DNA from: Oscillospiraceae bacterium
Lineage (GTDB): Bacteria; Bacillota; Clostridia; Oscillospirales; Acutalibacteraceae
DNA length: 64,000 nucleotides
Assembly (NCBI GenBank): GCA_031265995.1
Contig: JAISBW010000025.1
Span: forward strand, 9,264-73,263
Direction: 5' to 3'
This document shows positions 58,447-64,000 of this stretch, in pieces; the stretch's first letter is position 1; each line of letters begins with the position of its first letter. The translations under genes and the position numbers were made by a program. The notes beneath the pieces were generated by a model that was given only the letters and a program-made list of their open reading frames with translations, was not told the origin of the DNA and did not search any database.

Positions 58447-58646
58447 AGTAGTTGGCCAGTATTTTTGAGATTGATGATCAGTCCGAAGCCGCGTAAAACC
58501 TGGATTTAAGAAAAAATTACTGGCCAACTGGCCAACTGGCCACGTTTTCTATATAAACCTCTACGAGCTATATTACTGTGTACCCCTATATAACTCCTAT
58601 TCCCCTATATATATACATACACATTTATATAGATATAGTTGGCCAG
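58447..58646. promoter_or_regulatory. Cluster of five TGGCCA palindromes plus CCCCTATATA repeats (candidate phage origin or operator)
   Basis: TGGCCA occurs at 58452, 58520, 58528, 58536 and 58639. The middle three form an 8-bp tandem, ctggccaa x3. The 11-bp tagttggccag occurs at both edges. Between them is cccctatataactcctattcccctatatatatacataca. Confidence 0.5.
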
Positions 58647-58657
58647 ATGGCATGAAT

Positions 58658-61387
58658 TCAGTTATACTCTATGTTTGCTTCCCTGGCCATCTTTTTTTCG
58701 CCAGAGTTTTCAGAGTTGGCAAGGTTTTTAGAAACTCTAATCCATGCCGGAGTGTTCCCATAAAGTTTAAACCACTGCTTTTTCTTCGATTTAACCCATC
58801 CTCCGATTTTTTCCATAATTAACGTAACCGTATATGAAAATTTCCGCCCAAAATCCTCACGTCTATTTTCAAAACACTCACACCATATCTCCATGTTACA
58901 GACGAATTGTCTTTGAACTGTTCCGACCTCATCGCTTCTGAGGAACTGTTGTCTTTGGAAAGTATCCAAATCATTCCAGTTTTCAGGCAGAAGTCTTTCC
59001 AGATATTCTCTGATAAATCCTTCGCGTTCGTCTGATTCAAGAGCGTCCTTTTGAGCGCTTTCAGCCATTTGCTCTAAACTTGAATCCAAAAACAGTCTTT
59101 CACCTTTATTCCAAATCTCCTTTGCCTCGGCCCAGATTTGCGGAATATCACTATCAGAAATGTCCCAGCCTCTCTTTTCACATGCGCCTGTTACTGCTAC
59201 TGGCCAGAATCTCCTGTTTCCGGTCACATCCTGCAGAAATCCTAAACTTTCGCTATTTGTAGAGCCTACAATTATGCACTGTCTTGGATGGCTTTCTGTA
59301 ACCCTTCCGTAACAAGCTCTGTAATTGTCGTCTCTGCATGAAAGAAAAGCCTTAACATTGTTAACATCCGTTCTTCTTATACCGGCAAGTTCCGGAATTT
59401 CAATAATCCAAAAGCCTTGTATCTTTTCAGGAGCTTCTTTTCCTTTTGCCATATCAGAAAAACTGAGACTATCTGAAAACCATTTTCCGGCAAGTTTACC
59501 GAAGAATGCCGATTTCCCAAGGCCAGTCATGCCGTTAAGAACGAGCATGTAATCGAATTTAATCCCCGGACTATAAATCCTTGCAATGGCCGCAGCTAGA
59601 GTCTTTCTTGTCACCGCCTTTACATAAGCATTATCTTCGGCTCCGAAATATTCGATTAGAAGTGTTTCTACTCTCTTGTTCCCATCCCACACCGGAAGGC
59701 TTTCAAGATAATTCTTAATTGGATGAAAAACTCTTTTTGAGGCAGCGGCTATAACGGCATGATTTGATTTATTTGGGGAATAAAGTCTATAGCTGTGCTG
59801 TAAATATTCATAAAGCTTAACGCTGTCAGTCTCGTTCCATCCCGGTTTTATTCTTTGCCAAGGGACTTTTCCTCTGACGTCGACTCCGTCTCTCATTTGA
59901 TTAAAAGCTATATTTTTAAGATTCGGGTCATTATTTAAAATCAGAAGATAATTCCCAAAAGTTTCTTTGATATGGCCGGTTTTGTCGAGTTCGAGGAGTT
60001 TTTTCCAGGAATTGTCTTTAGGTCCGTTAGTTACTTCGTTTTTATCAGTTTCTAAATTAATGATTTCTGAGTTGTTTTGATTGTTTGAATTAAAAATGTA
60101 GCCAAAATCATCACCAAAATCTTCCTTAGCTTTATCATTGCAATTTTTTAAAAGTTCTTCTTTTACTTTCTCATTTTGAACCGCAAACCCGTACATTTTA
60201 TTAAAAGATATTTTATCTTTAAATTCCCCAAATCTATGAATTCTTACCAAATCAAAAGAATTAAGAAGCTTGCCGTGTGCCGGATCTGTGGCGTGATGAG
60301 AGTAGGCAAATTTATCGTCATAGACTACCAGACCTGAGGAACATTCGCCCGGAGTATAGGTGTATCTTTCAGGGTTTAAACCGCAAATTCCGTTAGATTC
60401 ACTGTTCCAAGTTCCATTTGTGCTTGGCTCATAAACATCCGAGAGAAAGTTCTCAATTGCTTCATGGATATTAAAAGATCTGCAGAATGCTCCGACCACT
60501 CCTTCTTTCAAAAGAGGGTCGGCTTGTTTTCTTCCTATTTCTCTCTTAATTATTTCGGATTGCCTCTTTGATGTAGGCCACAAAGAGCAGTCACGCCAAT
60601 CTCCGTTAGTTTTACTATTACTTCTGTTATCAATTCCGCCATTATCCCCACCAAGTTTTCGCAGATATAAATCAGCACTAATTTCCTTTCCTTCAAAAAC
60701 TTTAAATATGTATCTACCGTCAAACGAAGTGGAAGGCCAATACATAAGTCTGCTTGGTTCATACGTGCTGTCGTCAAAGCAGTCTATGCCGATTTCATTT
60801 GCCAGAATCCTTGAAACCGGAGTGTATTCCTCTGGAGTAAGTCTTCTGTCTGTAAAAACGATGAGCCTATACCTTGGATTTTCATTTGTGTGGCTGTGGG
60901 TTGAATAGAGAACGGCATCGTAATCAAAATCAGTCTCAAGCCTTTTTAAGAAATCAGGATCTGGGAAATCAGCGTCAAGCGTAATTGCGCTTCGGCAGTG
61001 GATTGTGTTATTTCTTCGGACTCCGTTTTTAAGATGACCAAGAACAAAGCCTCCGACATCTTTAATAGCGTCTTTTTTGGATTTGCTCATCTTTTGATAT
61101 TCAGATACTGATTCCGGAGTTCTTTTTGTAACTTTTAATATTTCAATAAATTCAAGCTTGGTAAATTCTTTATTTATCCATTTCTTCTCAAAACGGCTTC
61201 TGCCAATTGATATTTTAAGTTTTCTTTCCGGTATAGCCTTTACAGTTTTTATAACTTCTATAGTTTTTATAGTTTCTATAACTTTTGATTTGTTATTTGG
61301 TTTGTTATCCAATTCTGTAACTTGTGCTTTGTTACTTAAATTTATAACTTTTGTTTCAATGCTCAATTTGTTATCCAATTTAATCAC
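58658..61387 (-). CDS. Phage primase/helicase (VirE / P4-D5-type, N-terminal primase-polymerase-like domain)
   Basis: 909 aa. N-terminal half with ITLDADF..YSTHSHT (primase-like acidic/His motifs). C-terminal VirE-type P-loop LNGMTGLGKS and Walker B FWIIEIPE. Confidence 0.75.
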   Translation of the reverse strand: MIKLDNKLSIETKVINLSNKAQVTELDNKPNNKSKVIETIKTIEVIKTVKAIPERKLKISIGRSRFEKKWINKEFTKLEFIEILKVTKRTPESVSEYQKMSKSKKDAIKDVGGFVLGHLKNGVRRNNTIHCRSAITLDADFPDPDFLKRLETDFDYDAVLYSTHSHTNENPRYRLIVFTDRRLTPEEYTPVSRILANEIGIDCFDDSTYEPSRLMYWPSTSFDGRYIFKVFEGKEISADLYLRKLGGDNGGIDNRSNSKTNGDWRDCSLWPTSKRQSEIIKREIGRKQADPLLKEGVVGAFCRSFNIHEAIENFLSDVYEPSTNGTWNSESNGICGLNPERYTYTPGECSSGLVVYDDKFAYSHHATDPAHGKLLNSFDLVRIHRFGEFKDKISFNKMYGFAVQNEKVKEELLKNCNDKAKEDFGDDFGYIFNSNNQNNSEIINLETDKNEVTNGPKDNSWKKLLELDKTGHIKETFGNYLLILNNDPNLKNIAFNQMRDGVDVRGKVPWQRIKPGWNETDSVKLYEYLQHSYRLYSPNKSNHAVIAAASKRVFHPIKNYLESLPVWDGNKRVETLLIEYFGAEDNAYVKAVTRKTLAAAIARIYSPGIKFDYMLVLNGMTGLGKSAFFGKLAGKWFSDSLSFSDMAKGKEAPEKIQGFWIIEIPELAGIRRTDVNNVKAFLSCRDDNYRACYGRVTESHPRQCIIVGSTNSESLGFLQDVTGNRRFWPVAVTGACEKRGWDISDSDIPQIWAEAKEIWNKGERLFLDSSLEQMAESAQKDALESDEREGFIREYLERLLPENWNDLDTFQRQQFLRSDEVGTVQRQFVCNMEIWCECFENRREDFGRKFSYTVTLIMEKIGGWVKSKKKQWFKLYGNTPAWIRVSKNLANSENSGEKKMAREANIEYN

Positions 61388-61406
61388 TCTCCAAATTTAA
61401 TAATCC

Positions 61407-63656
61407 TTAAGCTTTCCTGTAAAAATCACATTCAAACCCTTCGGCTTTCAGAGCTAAGCCTTTTGCCCAGTCTGGGGATTTGCACATGATATCGCAGACT
61501 TTCCTAACATCAGCACTATCAGAGCTTATTGTTTCATTTTGTCGTCGATTTCCGTTCGGAACTTCAATTACAACTTCGTCATGGCAATGCATAACAATCC
61601 TGTAACCCTCATCATCAAGATTTTTCATTGCGTGACAGAGAAGATCTCTAGCAGTGGCCTGAATAATATTTTCAACAAACTTAGCCCCGTAGCTCTCAAT
61701 TCTTGCCCAGCCGATAATTTTGCTTTTGATTATTTTCCTTGCGTCTTTAACTGTTGATTTGCCTTCATACGTAACTGACATTCCGCCAAACTTGTTTGGC
61801 TCTATCCTTGGCCTTACATACGAAAGCTTTCTGCCGGATGGAAGCTTTATCATCAGAAGCCCGCTCTGATATTCAAAACCGATTAAAGGAGACAAAAAAG
61901 AAGTAAAAGACGTGGAAGATGTGGGGAACGTAGAAGACGCGGGAATCACTAAAGAATTGCTGTATGATTCGGATAATCCAGGCAATCCGAATGATCCAAT
62001 TGATCCAGCATAAAAAAGCGAAGCTTTATTCTTGACTGTCCGTATTACATTTCTGCCCACTTCATACCAAAGCTTTACAATGTTTGGATTTGCCATCCTC
62101 CAGGAATCTACCAATGGCTGCAATTCTTCCGGGCTAAGCCCCATTTCAAGCGCTCCCATAGCTTTAAGCGCTCCGACTGAGCCGCCGTAACCTAAAGCAA
62201 GTTCTGCTATTTTCCCCTTTTGTCTTAAAGGGCTGTCTTTTGTAATCTCATCAAGTGAAACTTTAAACATTCTGCTTGCCGAAGCTTCGTAAATCTTTCC
62301 GTGACTTGAAAAAACTTCGTTTCTCCACTTTTCTCCCGCTAGCCAGGAGATAACTCTTGCCTCGATTGCAGAGAAGTCGGCAACAATAAACTTCTTGCCT
62401 TTTTCTGGGATAAATGCAGTACGGATAAGTTCAGAAAGCACTGCCGGAACAGAATCATAAACATAAGATAAAGCGCCGTAATCTCCCGTTTTTACAAGTT
62501 CTCTTGCCATTACCAAGCTTTGAACATGATTTTGAGGAAGGTTTTGAAGCTGAATAAGTCTTCCCGCCCATCTTCCGGTTCTGTTTGCTCCGTAGAATTG
62601 GAATAAACCTCTTGCTCTTTTGTCTTTGCAGCAGCAGTTTTTCATTGCTTCATATTTTTTAATGCTGCTTTTGGCTAGATTTTGTCTTAGTTTAAGAACT
62701 TTTTCTAAAATTTTAATGTTTTTGTTATTTTGAAGTTCTTTGCTTTTAAGAAGCTTTTCAACATCTTTTTTACCCAAAGAATCAGTCTTCAGATCATTTT
62801 CGGAGAGCCAGATTTTTAATTGATGAACTGATCTTGGATTTTCAATTCCGGTTATCTCTTTAATTTCAGAAATTAATTTTAAACTTGACTTTTCGCTAAA
62901 AATTAGTGCGTTCTTAACTAATCTAGAATCAAGCATAATTCCACAGTCATTAATTTTCTGATCGAGAATATAATTTTCCCACTCAAGCTCAGGCATCGGG
63001 AATTTCTTTAACCTGTTATAGATCGCGATTTCAGTTTCAACATCTCGTTTGTTGTATTCTTTGAATTTATTCCATTTTTCGGGATTGTTTTTTGGAAGAT
63101 TTCTTTTGACGCCACATTCAATGCCGCATTTAACTGTAGCCCCAGTATTTAATTTTTGCGGCATTGAAAAATACCTGACTAAATCCTTTCCTTCACTCAT
63201 CTTCTGTTTCTCAATCCTGAGAACTTCTCCCGCTGTCTTTAAAGACAGCGGAAGTCCAAGATATGCGCACCAAACAAGAGTGCAGCGCCAGGATTCAGGG
63301 TTTAGAAATTCCTTAAAGCATTCGGAATTATTTTTGGATTTGTTTGCAAAACGATTATGCAAATATTTTGAAAGACAAATTCTTTCAAAAGCTGCGTTAT
63401 GAGCCCACTTCATCACATTTTTGTCTTCCAAAGCTTTAAGAATTTCATTTGGGATCTCCTCACCTGAGGCAAGATCAACAATTTTAACTTCTTTGCCGTT
63501 ATCCTTGTCATTACCATCATCACCGTAATCACAATCATCAATCGAATAGCCGAATAAAAGAATTTCAAAATCATTGGATTGGGTGTATTTATACACTCCT
63601 GCCTTTATGAGATTGACTGAAGAAAAAGTTTCGATGTCGATAAAAAGATTTTTCAT
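61407..63656 (-). CDS. Family A DNA polymerase with 3'-5' exonuclease domain
   Basis: ExoI IDIETFS. Polymerase motif A VADFSAIEARV, motif B RQKGKIAELALGYGGS, motif C MHCHDEVVIE. AAGGAG SD. Confidence 0.9.
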   Translation of the reverse strand: MKNLFIDIETFSSVNLIKAGVYKYTQSNDFEILLFGYSIDDCDYGDDGNDKDNGKEVKIVDLASGEEIPNEILKALEDKNVMKWAHNAAFERICLSKYLHNRFANKSKNNSECFKEFLNPESWRCTLVWCAYLGLPLSLKTAGEVLRIEKQKMSEGKDLVRYFSMPQKLNTGATVKCGIECGVKRNLPKNNPEKWNKFKEYNKRDVETEIAIYNRLKKFPMPELEWENYILDQKINDCGIMLDSRLVKNALIFSEKSSLKLISEIKEITGIENPRSVHQLKIWLSENDLKTDSLGKKDVEKLLKSKELQNNKNIKILEKVLKLRQNLAKSSIKKYEAMKNCCCKDKRARGLFQFYGANRTGRWAGRLIQLQNLPQNHVQSLVMARELVKTGDYGALSYVYDSVPAVLSELIRTAFIPEKGKKFIVADFSAIEARVISWLAGEKWRNEVFSSHGKIYEASASRMFKVSLDEITKDSPLRQKGKIAELALGYGGSVGALKAMGALEMGLSPEELQPLVDSWRMANPNIVKLWYEVGRNVIRTVKNKASLFYAGSIGSFGLPGLSESYSNSLVIPASSTFPTSSTSFTSFLSPLIGFEYQSGLLMIKLPSGRKLSYVRPRIEPNKFGGMSVTYEGKSTVKDARKIIKSKIIGWARIESYGAKFVENIIQATARDLLCHAMKNLDDEGYRIVMHCHDEVVIEVPNGNRRQNETISSDSADVRKVCDIMCKSPDWAKGLALKAEGFECDFYRKA

Positions 63657-63853
63657 AATTTCTTATCTTTCTCCTTAATTTTTAATTTTGATTGACATCG
63701 TTTTTCTTTAGTTTTCTTTAGATTGGCTTAATTTGGCGTTGTTTTTCTCTGGTTTTCTTTGTTTGACTTATTTGACTTTGATTAACTTAATTCGGCTATG
63801 CCTTTCTTTGGTTTTCATTGATTGTCTTTTATGGGCTTAATTTGTCTTAATTT

Positions 63854-64000
63854 CTATAAAATATCCTCATCGCTAACACTAAACCCATCATCAAAATCTT
63901 CCTCAGGATTTGGCTTTCCTCCCAAAGGTTCTCCGTCTCTGACCTTTTGAATATTTTGAAGACCGCAGGCAACGCCTTTATTCCCGTTAACATTAAAGGC
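63854..64000 (-). CDS. DUF2815-like phage protein, C-terminal part only (gene continues beyond the window)
   Basis: The minus-strand frame reads ..AFNVNGNKGVACGLQNIQKVRDGEPLGGKPNPEEDFDDGFSVSDEDIL with TAG at 63854-63856. The NGNKG(I/V)A.GL..(I/V)Q pattern and the position upstream of PolA fit the DUF2800/DUF2815/PolA module. Confidence 0.45.
   Translation of the reverse strand, partial: AFNVNGNKGVACGLQNIQKVRDGEPLGGKPNPEEDFDDGFSVSDEDIL

Larger units (their letters stand above)
51290..64000 (-). mobile_element. Prophage remnant (replication and packaging modules only), continuing past the window end
   Basis: Colinear minus-strand genes: DUF2815-like, family A DNA polymerase, VirE/primase, VRR-NUC, SNF2, late regulator, HNH, ParB-methylase, TerS, TerL. 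No MITE copies are present and codon style and spacers differ. No portal, capsid, tail or lysis genes follow TerL. Confidence 0.8.

Noticed and set aside
61880-62012. An intein or mobile insertion inside the phage DNA polymerase.
   Set aside because: The insert is only ~45 residues of low-complexity sequence. It has no Cys/Ser-1, His-Asn C-terminal junction or endonuclease motifs.

Overview
AT-rich (about 30% G+C by eye) chromosomal segment from a spore-forming Firmicute that looks Clostridia-like (spo0A, SpoIVFB-type M50 protease, NPKTG sortase anchor). The organism cannot be named from the sequence alone. The housekeeping backbone is an NhaC-type transporter, miaB, ruvB, a class A PBP, thiI, tRNA-Gln, leuS, pfkA, ispF, tatD, yebC, trpS, spo0A and pstA, plus wall-glycopolymer genes (GT2, GT8, a GT2-LicD fusion, tarI/tarJ). 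Four further layers sit on this backbone. (1) Three related families of 85-165 bp MITE-like inverted-repeat elements have shared GA[A/G]CC[T/C]GT termini and 3-bp TWA target duplications. They fill nearly every intergenic gap between 1.2 and 50.3 kb, are nested in each other, and in places supply gene 3' ends. (2) There are two compositionally foreign islands: a roughly 50% G+C single-gene DUF262/DUF1524 (GmrSD-like) island at 24.8-26.9 kb, and a tRNA-Gln-adjacent island at 16.6-18.9 kb. (3) There is a scattered set of accessory genes for signal/TM-bearing or eukaryote-like proteins. These are a calpain-type protease starting MGSNFCCC, a tandem Ras-like GTPase, papain/C39-like peptidases and tandem secreted paralogues. 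Several sit behind near-consensus promoters and are broken at homopolymer tracts. (4) From about 51.3 kb to the window end lies a minus-strand prophage remnant with replication and packaging modules, no structural genes, and several decay lesions. No similarity search or computation could be run. All family calls are motif-based, and repeat ends are accurate to a few bp.
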